Shown here: positions 1-12,442 of the stretch, in pieces
Layout of the letters: every line of letters begins with the position of its first letter
Position numbering within the stretch: position 1 is the first letter of the stretch
DNA from: Yuukianura sp. NJ FZ-2021
Taxonomy: Eukaryota
NCBI GenBank assembly: GCA_046563655.1
Contig: CM102284.1
Span: 5,394,001-5,458,000, forward strand
DNA: 64,000 nucleotides
Reading direction: 5' to 3'
Notes under the pieces: generated by a model
Seen by the model: the letters and a program-made list of their open reading frames with translations, nothing else
Told to the model about the DNA's origin: nothing
Database searches by the model: none
Position numbers and translations under genes: made by a program

Positions 1-3000
1 CTTACAACTCTAATGGATGCTTTAGATCAAATTTTAAACTTGACCTCAGAAGCATGTCAACCCGTTACCGGGAAACAACTCAAAGTGGAGGCTGGTGTAA
101 AAAATAGGCGGGAAATTCAAAATGGTCTAAACGTCATCTCCAGCTTGGCTACAGAATGTCTAAATCAACTCAAAGCAAAAAAGGAAGTTGACCAAGATTC
201 AAAAATTTCCGAAATGTTGAAAGAAATTTCAAAATTTGTCAATGAAGCTCTCATGACCAATCAAATTCTCGTGGATGAGCTTGGAATTGATTCAAGTCCT
301 ATTCAAGATCTCATTTTACAAAAAGCAATTTCCAAAATTTTGAATTCAGCAGTTGACGCCATAAAATTTATGAATTTGGATCATGTCCCATTAGAAGGAA
401 CACAACTTTCACCAGAGTGTGAACTACTGCAAGCATTTGCTCAGCTTGCGTTGTTAGTCGACGGGGGGTATGAAGTGAAAGCTGAAAAAGTTTCAGAAAC
501 CGAAAAAACCGAAAAACTTCCGAAAATTCCAATTGCAGACAAACTTCAACAGGATTTAAAGATTGACGAGGAGAAACCTCAAGCTACCTCCAAGGAAGTT
601 TCAAAACCTGAAGCTCCGCAGGAGAAAGATTCAACAGTTCTCAAATTAGAATCAGCAACTGAAGTAAAACCGGAACCAGTTTCGGAGAACGTGAGCGGTA
701 CCGGTACCGGTTTGGAACAAATGCAAAAAGCAATAACTGGAATTGCAGCAATTCTTGAAGTTTTCGATAAAGCAACTCAGGAACCGGAAACGGTATCGTT
801 TCTTCCAGATCAAAAAGTCCAACCTTCTGAAATTGTGGCTCAAATTATGGCACTAACAACTGAAGTTGCAGAGGAACTGAAATCTAAATCAGTAGAACCT
901 CAGAAAGCAACGGAACTACAAACACTTCTCCACAATGTAATTAAAAACATTCAGGTCGTAGAGCATCAGACAGGAACTTTGGAAAGTTTTCCAAAAACGG
1001 AAATTTTGAAAAACTCTGTAGCTGAAATGGCTAAAATTGTAACTGAAACGTTACAACAGACGCCACAACTTTCTCAAACGAAAGACCCAGTAATCAAACA
1101 CGCATTGGAAACACTGCTGGCAATTTCTGAAAAACGAACTGAAGCGTTGATACCTACAACTGAAATCCAAGCAGCTTCACTCCAAGCTGAAACCGAACCT
1201 TCTGTTGCAAAACCGGTAAGTCCGGTAAAACCGGAAAGGGGAAAGAAGCCAGCCGATGCTGCGCAGGAGCCTCAAGTTGCCGTCGTTGAGGAAGTGCTTA
1301 TTGCTGCTCCAGAAAAACCGCCTTCAAGTATCGATAAACTTACAATTCAAACATTGGAACTAATCACGGGTCGAGAAACGGATATTATTACAGAGGAGCT
1401 GGAATCGATTGATGCTTCAGTTGAGACTAAATCTCTCAAGAAACAGAAACCAGAACAAGTTGCACTAGAAACTTATTCCTTAGAAAATTTAGAACACGTC
1501 TCTGAACTAAAAGAAACTGAATTAGTGGACGATGAATTTGAGCCATTGAATGAAGTTGAAGAGCAGTTGCTGGCGGAGGGGAAAGGTCAAGAGGAACCAC
1601 AAGCGCATGTAGAAAAAGTTGAATTGCAGGATGCTGGAGAATCACAAAAACCTTCTACAACCGAAGTTCAGAAACCAATTTCTGCAACCGAAATTCCAAC
1701 GCTTTCAGATCCTAAAACTAAAACGCCCGAGGCTAAATTGGTTTCACCGACAGAAAGTTCAGTGGATTCATCTGGTCAACCCTTGACCTCGGAGAAAGTC
1801 ACTGAAACTCTGGGGCCGAAAGTTGCTGCTCAATTGCCGTCATCCGACGGAAAAGATGATTCTATTCTACAACAGAAAGCAAAGGCGGACGAAGCTTGTG
1901 AATTGGAACCTGAAGCTGCTATTGTTCGGGTTGCTCCTGACGTTTCAAAAACTCCTGCTGCGTCGCAGTTGGAAATTGTAACTCCAGCGGAAGCTGAGGC
2001 ACCGGAAGAAAAGAAAAAGACTGACGCTAAGAAAAAAGCAGGAAAGGATGACAACAGCGCGGTTTCTCCGGAAGCAAAACAAGAACCGTCTTATGAATTC
2101 ACGACTTCCGCTGAAATGGAAAGTATTTTGACTTGGTTAATTCCGGAACAATTTCAAGAGGAAGAAGAGAAAGTTCAGTCACAGCCTGTTGAAAGCGATG
2201 AAGATTTGGAAGGAATAATTGCTCGCTCCGCAGAGCAAATGAAGAAACTTGAAGCAGCAACAAGTAAACTGGCCAAACTGGCAGATAATGCTAATTTGAC
2301 TCCTACGACAACCGAACAAGTTCAAGTCCAACAAGAGTCAGAATCGCGAGATGCTGCTGAAAAAACAGAAGCAACGCCGGACGAATCAGAAGATAAAGTA
2401 GATGCTGCTGGCGCAGGAAAGAGAGGGAGTAAAAAATCTGAAGAAAAAGTCAAAGAAGATGACAATCTCAAAACAAAAGTTGAGAAACAAGGAAAAGATG
2501 ATACGACTGAAGCTGTAGAAAGAGTTGAAACCAAATTAGAACCAAAATCTGGCGAATCTGAAAAAATTGAAGCAAAGCTGGACACTGAAATCAAACCGGA
2601 AGTAGACAAGCAGGTAGTCGAGGATGCCAAAATTAAAGAAACGAGTAAAATTGATGAAAAAGCTGCTGGTAAATCCAGTAGCTTGAATAAAACGGAAGCC
2701 GATGATAAAAAAGGTGAAAAGCAAAAGGCTGAAGACAAAGCTAAATTGGCTGATGATGAAGGTAAGGTGAAAGCAGAGAAAGTCGAAGCAGAAGCTGATG
2801 AGAAGCAGAAAGGCGCAAAGAAGGACTCTGTGATGCCGACGCAGAAATCTGATAAAAAAGCATTCGAAGAGGTAAAACAAATTGAAGATCAAGGTCAAGA
2901 TATTCAAAAGAAAACTGAAAATGAAGCCAAGAAAATAGCACCAAATGCAGTGGAAAAGTCAAGCGATGACGTTGATGTTAAGCCGGAAAAGAAAGCTGAA

Positions 3001-6000
3001 CAAAAGAAAACTGAAGACGCGACTTCAAAAAAAGCTGAAGAAAAGAAGCCTGAAGACGCAACTTTGAAGAAAGTTGAAGAGAAGGTAGACGACGCCACTG
3101 CGAAGAAAGCTGAAGAAAAGAAGGTAGAAGACGCCACTGCGAAGAAAGCTGAAGAAAAGAAGCCTGAAGACGCAACTTTGAAGAAAGTTGAAGAAAAGAA
3201 GGTTGAAGACGCAACTTTGAAGAAAGTTGAAGAAAAGAAGGTTGAAGACGCAACTTTGAAGAAAGTTGAAGAAAAGAAGGTTGAAGACGCAACTTTGAAG
3301 AAAGTTGAAGAAAAGAAGGTTGAAGACGCCACTGCGAAGAAAGCTGAAGAAAAGAAGGTAGAAGACGCCACTGCGAAGAAAGCTGAAAAAAAGAAGCCTG
3401 AAGACGCAACTTTGATGAAAGCTGAAGAAAAGAAGGTAGAAGACGCCACTGCGAAGAAAGCTGAAGACAAGATGCCTGAAGACGCGACGTCAAAGAAAGC
3501 TGAAGAAAAGAAGCCTGAAGACGCGACGTCAAAAAAAGCTGAAGAAAAGAAGCCTGAAGACGCGACGTCAAAAAAAGCTGAAGACGCGAATTTGAAGAAA
3601 GCTGGAGAAAAGAAGACTGAAGACGCCACTGTCAAGAAAGTTGAAGAAAAGAAGGCTGACGACGTCACTGCGAAGAAAGTTGAAGTAGAGAAGGTTGAAG
3701 ACGCCACTGCGAAGAAAGCTGAAGACGAAAAGGAAAAGAAAGACAAACAGCCCCCTAAGAAAGTTGATTCTAAAGCGAACGCTGATAAACGTAAAAAATC
3801 TGATGCTGCATCTTTAGAGAAAGCTGAAGATGCAATTCAGCCAAAACCCGAAGATTCAACAAAAGCAAAAGCTGAAGATGCAATTCAACCACAACCCGAA
3901 GATTCAACAAAAGCAAAAGCTGAAGATTCGACAAAACCAAAAGTCGACGATACGACTAATCCAAAAATTGAAGACGTGACAAAAGCAAAAGCTGAAGATA
4001 CGCCTAAACTAAAAACTGAAGATGAATCTAAACCGCCAACCAAAAATGGAACTAAAGATAAGCCGAAAGCTGTAAATGGAGCGAAACAAAAAGTTGAAGA
4101 TTTGACAATTAAGCAGGAAGCAGAGGGTGTGGTTGCACCAAAAGCGGAAGAAGCGGTCAAACAGAAGACGGAGGATGTTACTAAGCCAAAATCTGAAGAT
4201 GTTACACCGCAGAAGGTAGACGATGAAACTAAAGCAAAAGCAGAAGCGCCTGTAAAGAAACCTGAGCGTGCAAGTAAAAAGAAAGCAAAAGAAAGTCCTG
4301 CTGTAGTCGAACCTACAGAGAAAGTTGATGACATTGGCGCGTCAAAACCGGACGCTGCTCCGACGGAAGTAAAAGACGGAGTAGTTGCAAAGCATGAAGA
4401 ACCAATATCCGGGCAGCCTGCCGGTATCGGGCTTCCAATGAAACAAAATGCCGAAGAAGAAATGCACCAAGTCGTCCAAAAAACAAAAACACAAGACGCT
4501 GAAAGTTTTACAGAACCTAAAAAGGATTCAGAATCAACTGTCCAGTTCGAATCCAAAAAAGAAATTGACGCTGGAATTTCAATCAAACCGAAACTTGGTG
4601 AAGACTCTGACAAAATTTCCAGTTCCAAACTTTCTGAGACACCAAAAGATATTTTGCCTTCGGAACCCATAAAACCTCAAAGGAAATCCAAAATCAAGTC
4701 ACAAGACGAAGTTAAACCGACATCCGACACCGAATTTCGTCCAGGCATGACCAACGGATCTCCAAAACCGGAACTCAGGTTTCAATCTGAACCAAAAAGT
4801 GAAACAAAATACACCGAAAGAGAACGACAACCGACACCCCGAAGTCCGATTTACACCGACTACCCGAGAACTACTCGGCAGAAGTCCTCTGACTCACAAG
4901 ATCTGCCGTATTCAAGTTCCGAAAGCATTCCTAGGTCCAAGTATTTAGATGACCAGCGATCCAGAAAACATTACGAACTTTCACGAAACGGTACCAGCGA
5001 TACAGAGCGTCGGCTTGATCGCCGACCACTGACAAAGTCTCTGGATTACCGAAAGCGTCCGGAATACGAAAAATTTGACTACGGCATTTCTGAAACCGGT
5101 CGGTCAAAGGCCAAGTCCTACTCGTCCCAAAATCTTAACAAGTACGGTGACTATGACGCAAGTCGTGGTGTCAACGGTACGTCCAGGTCGACTCGTCTTG
5201 ATCGCTGGAAGCCATCAACTCCTTTGTCTCGTGCATCAAGTGACATTCTGGATGGATTGGATTCTTCTTATTTGAAATCAGATTGGCACTTGGAACCTGC
5301 TCCAGAACAGGAACCTACGGAATGGAAGACATTTGAGTATCAGCGGCATCGTCGAACTCCGTACGATCCGAAATCAGAAGTAGACGCAATAGACATACCA
5401 TCATACCGGAGTACAGAGTCGTTCCAGCTACCCCGCCCAGACTACTCAGAACACGACCTGGGTTCAATGCTCCATGATTCCAGAAGTACTGGAAAAAGTT
5501 ATTTGGATTTCTCCAGTCTGGAAAAACTTCCTGGAGATTTCAGCGCTAAATGGGAGCGAGAAAGGAACCAATGGGAAGCCAACGAAGAACTGAAGCTGCA
5601 AGCACGTCAAGTTGCGCTGGAGCGGACGAAACAAAATATTGAAGAGATGAAGTTAGAGTCACAGCGCAAAGTTCAGGAAAAGAAGTTGAAGCGGGAAGCG
5701 ATTATTGAACAGTTTGCTAAGAAAATGCAAGAAATTGAGGATAGTAAACCAGCTCCAGAAGCGGCTGCTGGAATGCCGCCAGTCCTCAAGCCTACACCAA
5801 ACGGCTACGCTTGCTTCACGGATGAGGTAAATCAAGAAGAAAGTGATATAACATTTTCATATTTTCAAAAAAAATTCTCAAAATTTTGAATTTTTGAAAA
5901 TAGATTTGTAGCACAAGGGATCCTTCAAAACGGCCACGGTTTAGTTTGAAACTCCAAGATCGCTCCGTGACGCAAGGTTCTGTTGTGAAATTGGCATGCA

Positions 6001-9000
6001 CAGTGCTGGGACAGCCGCTTCCGCAACTGCAATTCTACAAAAATGGACTTCCGATTGGCTCCGACCGATCCCGAATTGTCATTTCGGATAACAGTGGCGT
6101 TGCTTCTCTAAATATTACGGGAGCTACGAAAGAAGACATGGCGGAGTAAGTAATTTTTTAAATTACCGTTGACCTTTGACCTTTATCAGGCGACATTTCC
6201 TTAAAAATTTGACCTTTCAGTGAGTTCTGTTTATTTTTGCTTTAGGTACACTTGCTTTGCAAGGAATATGCATGGAAGGGCTGCGACGTCTTGTATCTTA
6301 CTTGTGGTGGGTGACGACGAGAAGAAGCCGCAACCGGCCAAGTTCACGCGAACGATTACCGGTAAAATTGAGCGACACACCAAATTCTGCTTGAACTATG
6401 ACTTTGACCTTAGTTTTCTAAATGATTTTGAATGATTCAGAAACGCAATTCCGAGATTTGGGTGAACTGATGCTGGAATGTGCCGTCAGTGGCGTCCCTA
6501 CTCCACGCGTCCAATGGCTTCGAGATGGCCATGTCATTGTACCGTTTGGGTCACACGGTACTGGACGGTACAGTTCCACGGTCACCATGGACGGAAAGTG
6601 TCGTCTTTTCATCAACGAAGTCAAAGAAAGCGACACTGGTGAATACACTTGCGTCGGTACGGCATTCTTTCAAATACTTTTATTTTCAAAAATTTCGTTC
6701 AAAATTTTCACAAATTTTCAAAATTCTAAATTTGACAGCCCGAAACGAATCCTGGACTGACAAGACGAGTCAAATTGTGAAAATTTCAGGACCTCCAAGT
6801 AATGAAAACTGCTGAAAATTTGAAATAATTTGATTTAGGTTTAAAATTTTCAAAAATTGTTCAAAATTTTAGTCATTCCACCGCGTCATACTCAACGTGC
6901 GGATCATAGCGCTGTCAGTGCTGTTCACAGGGTCAGAGCCAGTACACCCATCGTCACCTCCAAGGCTCCATTTTTCATTGAACATCCTGATGCTACCGTT
7001 AGTGTCAAGGAAGGTGATGACCTCGTACTGACCTGCCGAGTTGGAGGCGAACCGAAACCGAGAGGCAAGAATAAAAATTTTTAGATTTCTCAAGGATCCC
7101 AGCATTTTGTATCGAATTAGGCCCAAATTTTATCAAATTCACGCGATTTTTTTCTGATGTAGTCAATTTGTACCGCGGCTGTCGAGACGTGAGTCTTCAG
7201 CCAAGAGGCTTTCGTGAAACGGTTGGCGACTCTGTACGCTTCATCCTCCGAAGTACCGTTTTGATTGATGCTGGTCGAATGACGTTGGAAGCCAAAAACT
7301 TGTACGGAATTGAACGCTTCATTGTATCTGTTAAGGTAAGGAATGAACAGTTTCTTTTCACTTCCTTTCAGCGTCCATCAAACCGTTCGCGTGTCATTCA
7401 TAACAACTCACGTCAGTCCCCAAAAAGTACAACGTTTGCCAAGAAAGCTTTTCTGTGCGAACATTAAGATGTCATCCAGACGCGTTCAAATTAGATTTTT
7501 TTTAAAACACAGAAGCGTCGATTCTTTCACCCAGAAAAATTTGTGACAGTCCCTCGCTGTCTAAACATAGGCTAGATTGGCACTTCTCCTGACGATAAAC
7601 CATAGACTACAAACGAGCTCCAGTTGTTCAAAATTTTGAATTTTGAATTTTTTGGAACCCAAAAATTTTAACCCATTGACCTTGGTGATTTCGACATTTT
7701 GGAGAAAATGAAGAAAAAGATGATATTGTTTCAATTTTTGAGTTTCAAATTTTCAAATTTTGAGGATACAGTCTTGAAGATGCTTATTCATGTCGAAGCG
7801 CTGTCATGTGTCCAAGAATCACATTTCCCAGATCCACATCCTCAGTAAAACTAAAAACAACAACACATCGAAGATCAGCGTTTGAGCGTTAGGAATTGAA
7901 GGCGAGCCCAGGGATTGAATGTGTGTAGTATCGTTGAATCAACCCAGAAAAAAGACCGTGACTATGTTTTTTGCACTAAATTTGCACACAAATGGTTTTG
8001 GGCAGGCGACTAAAGAGGAGAAGGAATGCGAATCTGATGCCAGGTTTTGTCCTTGTGTAAAAATAGATATTGAAAGCGGAAAAACGTGCAAGATCGATGA
8101 CACCCGGAATATTTGGGTCTCGGAGTGGCCCTGCTGGCACTATGTCTACTACGGGAGTCACTGACTATGGCAGAAGACACTACTCTTCAGGTTAGTTAGG
8201 CACAGACCTTCAGATTCAGCGGATCACGAAGGAATTTTTAGCACTTTTTCTAAGAAAAAAAATCTAGACAAGTTATTGGTGCTAATTTGTTGTAAAACAA
8301 GAAAGTGAAAAGATTGTGGAATTTGGAGAAATTTTGAAAGTTCCAAAAATGAGTCCAACATTAGTGGGCTCGTATCACTTTCGCTCAGAATTGAGCGGAC
8401 GCTCTCCAGTTTTCCAGTGGCTTCAGCTGGAAGAGAATGAAAGTTAGATTTTCGAAAAAATTGTATCAAAATTTTGAAAATGAAAGAATTTTTCATGTTT
8501 TTCTGCTTTTTAAAATTTGTCTAGGCGTACCTGGAAAATTATCGGAACCAATTGCTTCAGAGCTCGGCCCGTCCTGGGGTAAGTTTCAAATAGTTATAAA
8601 AATAAGTTTCAATTTATGTATAATTTTAATGAATTATCTATTATTTTTATAAATTTATCATATTTTTTAGTTTCATTGCGTTGGACACGCCCAGAAAGCA
8701 ACTCTCCAATTCTCGCGTACAAAATTGAAGCCTGGGATTTGAGTGAAGGAGCGAGATGGGTCACGGTAACTAAAAGCACTTTATAATTGTTTTATGGTGA
8801 ATTTCATTAATATATAATTATCAATTACTAATTAAAATATAACTTTATAATTTTATAACATATTTAAAAGCAAGTTGAGAGATTCGGATACGAACGGCAG
8901 CGCGTTGCGCGTATCTGTACACAATGAACCTTTTTAACGTATTACACACCACGAAATTTATTGAAAGGAATTTAAATTGCAACATTTTTTGTGTGTTTTG

Positions 9001-11868
9001 GTGTTAGTTGGGCATGTCTCCAATAGCGTCCTTCGAAGCTTTCCATCTCCGACCGCGTACCGAATATTTGTTTCGGATCACTCCGAGAAATCGGTTTGGA
9101 TGGGGCGAGGGCGTGGCCACAAAAGTACCGGTTTGTGTTCGAGATAAATGCGAGATGCCGGATTTTGTCAAAATGCTTCCCACTAGAGTGAAAGTTTTGC
9201 GTGGAACATCTTTATCACTCAACTGTGAAGTACGTTTTCATCTAATTCTAACAATTGTCAACAAGTTTCAAATCAAAATAGGCAACAACTTTTCTTTTGT
9301 TTAAAGAGGACTTTTTAGAAATTTTTGTTGTTTGTCCAAATTAGGTTCGAGGAACTCCAACTCCAGTGCTGACGTGGTTGCGTGATGGCCTTGAGATCCC
9401 AGGGGAAACGGGAGACTCTATTCAAGTACCTGTTGAATCCGATTTTCAGTTGACATGTCAAGCCACAAATTCTGTTGGACATGCCGCTTCCTTCTGTTCC
9501 GTAAATGCCGTTGACGATCGAAGTGTCGCCGAAGCTGACCTGGCTCTCCGTGCGTCCACTTCCACCGCACCCCAATTTGCCATGCGTCTGCGCGATAGAA
9601 AAGTTACTGTAGGCCATCCAGTTCGGCTGACATGTCAAGTCATGGGTGTTGGCAAGATTCAAGTTAAATGGGAGAAGGATGGCCTGGACATCACAGACTC
9701 CACGTACGCCTTCCAGGACAAGAATTTCTTCACTCTGGAACTCCCAAGCTTGAAACTGGAAGACATGGGAGTGTATACTGCCAAAGCATCGAATGAATTT
9801 GGCCAAGTATCGTGTAGCTGCTCAGTATCGGTGTCCACAGACTTTGGCGCGATACCAAGATGGGTCAAGAGTTTGAGAGACTACGTTAAGGTGTCCGAGG
9901 GAGCAACAATTGTTCTGGAAGGACATTGTACGGCATGGCCGTATGTATCGGTCAAGTGGTTCAAGGATTCGAATCGGTTGAGGTCATACAACCGACGGTT
10001 TCGATACGAACTGGACACGCATGGTCACATTTCCCTTGTGATCCAGAACAGCACTTCCGCGGATACTGGAATCTACTCGGTCGTGGTTGAAAATGAATTG
10101 GGATCAATTGAGAGCATGTGCTGCGTCGAGGTTGTTGGGGACGATGATGACCTTGACCGGAAAATTTCTAGTTCATCTTCGTAAGTTTTTCAAAACATTT
10201 TCTTCAAAAATTTTCCAAAATTCAAAATTTGACTCCTCAACATTTTTCAAAATTTCAGATCAAGATCTCAGGAGAGGATACCCTCAGCTCCAAGGTTTCT
10301 CAAGAAGCCAATGTCCGTGACAGTCCTGGAAGGCGACACTGTCGTCATTGAGTGCTCAATTGAAGCTTGGCCAAAACCAGAAGTCGTTTGGCTGCGAGAT
10401 TGGCTCAATGTAGACTTTTGAAATTCAGGTTCCCAAGTTTCAAAATTTCAAAAATTTTGATTTTCTGTTTAAAATTTTGCAGCACTCTTACTACAAAGAT
10501 GCTGACCACTACGAACTAGAATCCGACGGAGAGACTGACTACAGACTGGTGATTCCTTGTGTCAAAATTGACTATACCGGAAGCTATACCGTTTCCGCTA
10601 GAAATTCACTCGGTAGTTGCAAGGCCATTGTCGTTTTAGGAGTCAATGCTCGTAAGTTTTCAAAAACATTTCGAATCTCGTTTCATGAAAATCCGAATTC
10701 GGAGTGAGTGGAATTTCAGAATTTTGACGAAATCTGACCAATTTCTAGGAACCCAGCCCAGTCTAAGCTCAATTCAAGTCGGACCTACCCTGAATATACC
10801 CAAAATCGTCCAACCTTTGACGAACATGCGCTGTTGTGACGGTGACTCTGTCACTTTAACGTTCAAGGCCCAAGGCGAAGACTTGTCCTACATCTGGGAC
10901 AAGGGTGGGAAAGTCATCAGTTCCTTGGGAAAAGCCAATCCGGATTTTGTTGTCGACGGTTCGACATTGACAATCCTCAAAGTCTACGGAGAAGATGAGG
11001 GCGTTTACTCCTGCAAGGTCAGACAAGAGCGTTTTCACTTCAAAAACTGAAATTTTGGAGAAAAAAAAATCATGTTTTTCAGATTTTTAATAAATTGGGT
11101 GAAGCCAAAACTAGTGGCTGCCTTGTCGTTGACGGTAAATTTTGAAACGCTAAGCACAAATATTTCTTTGGATATTTAGAAAGTTTCGGAAAATTTTGAA
11201 ATTTTCATTTTCAGCTCCAATTTCGGACCTGACTACGACCTTGACCCCGTCCAGTGAAATTACAAATGCAATTGCCTCCAGTACCACCGCCACAAGTACA
11301 TTGCCAGCATATTGAATTTCGAAATTTCAAAAATGCTGAACTAATTTTTCAATTTTTTGAAAACAGGCCACAGGAAAGCACTTTACCACCCCCCACCAGT
11401 GCTCCAGTTCCCACGCCCACCCAAATTCTTTGTTCTTCCACACAATCGAATTGCTAACCAAGGAGACAACGTTAGATTTCAATGTTCAGTAAGCGATGCT
11501 ACAGTGACTACTTGGGAAAGGGAGGATCGTGTCATCTGTCCCAGTAGTCGCTACAACAAAAAAGAGGAAGAAGATGTCCGAGTCCTTGAAATCCTAAATG
11601 TCACTCTGGCAGATGCCGGAGTCTATCGAATTACTCTAGAGAATCAAGCTGGTCGAGTTGTCGCCAATGTTCGGCTGGATGTCATCGGTAAACTATCATT
11701 TCCAAATTTCAAATTCCTGAAATTTTGAAACTTCCTAAGCATAGCACTTCACTTTGACTTGTTTTTTCAGGACGTTCTCGTGGAGAACGAATGCGAGCTT
11801 GGAGTTCATCGCCGGTAGACAACGGTCGCCGTGGAGGAAATTGGGATGAACAGGCAGACGAGGACTAA
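1..11868 (+). CDS. Giant titin-like muscle protein, Stretchin(-MLCK)-like, 5' end outside the window: long low-complexity K/E/D/A exon followed by multiple Ig-I domains and one FN3 domain
   Basis: The frame is open from base 1 to the donor after 5826. Spliced exons with consistent phases include 5904-6145, 6246-6361, 6441-6656, 6739-~6798, 6873-7064, 7163-7335, 7372-7426, 8525-8578, 8671-8765, 9009-9229 and 9345-~10180, with further exons to a last exon 11771-11868 (TAA). Ig-I motifs (PRFSLKLQD...LAC...G.P.P, D.GEYTC) and an FN3 domain (LRW..P...Y.IE.W...EYLFRITPRNRFGWG) are present. The segments PQFAMRLRDRKV...PVRLTCQV and WLRDWLN..YYKDA..Y resemble insect Stretchin as recalled. Confidence 0.85.
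2989..3726 (+). repeat. Coding tandem repeat, ~18 copies of a 39-nt / 13-aa unit (KK[AV]EEKK[VP]EDAT[ALS])
   Basis: Directly visible in DNA and protein. Several adjacent units (aagaaagttgaagaaaagaaggttgaagacgcaactttg) are identical at nucleotide level. Confidence 0.97.
3820..4035 (+). repeat. Coding degenerate 24-nt / 8-aa repeat (K[AP]EDxxKx)
   Basis: KAEDAIQP KPEDSTKA KAEDAIQP QPEDSTKA KAEDSTKP KVDDTTNP KIEDVTKA KAEDTPKL KTEDESKP. Confidence 0.85.
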
Positions 11869-12442
11869 AAAGACATTTGTAGGAGCTAACAAAATATTTT
11901 CCAGGTTATGAAAAAGTAATGTTAAAGAATTCAGAATTTCGGCACTACGACACGAAAAAACGAAAGTAAAAATTTCGGTTTGATTAATCGACTAAATTTT
12001 GGTGGGATTTTATTCTAAAGAGAAGTGGGGACGAAACTAGCCGTATTTAAGTTAGGTTACTCAACGTATATTACCCTAATGATGACATAAACTGAATTTT
12101 AAGAAAGTGACAAAGTTAAGTTTTTCAAGATTTTGAATACATGACCTCAGGAGTGAATAGCTTCACTATCAAGTATGAATTTGCCCTAACGTTTTTATGC
12201 TTTAAGTTTAAATGCTTCTGGAACTTTTGAGTAAGTGAGCGACCATTTCATGGGAAATGTTGACAATTTACTTTACACCGAAGAGAGACACATACGGATG
12301 CAACATCCATGGAGAAAGACTAACGTAAGTTAAGTTATGGCACCACAACATAAAGCCTATTTAGTGAGTTTAAGAGACCGATGTAGGACGATTTGCAGGA
12401 TTTTAGGATTAGGAATGAGGATTGTGACTCAGGATGCTGCTT

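Noticed and set aside
2322-4670. Long minus-strand ORFs rich in S/F/A/L
   Set aside because: Antisense shadows of the K/E-rich repeat exon; no independent coding signal.
7780-8164. Possible nested gene (cystatin-like phrase DPNIPGVIDLARF on minus; Cys/Trp-rich 81-aa ORF on plus)
   Set aside because: No consistent spliced model or family motif (no QxVxG), and an in-frame stop follows. The region is better explained as the internal promoter/5' UTR.
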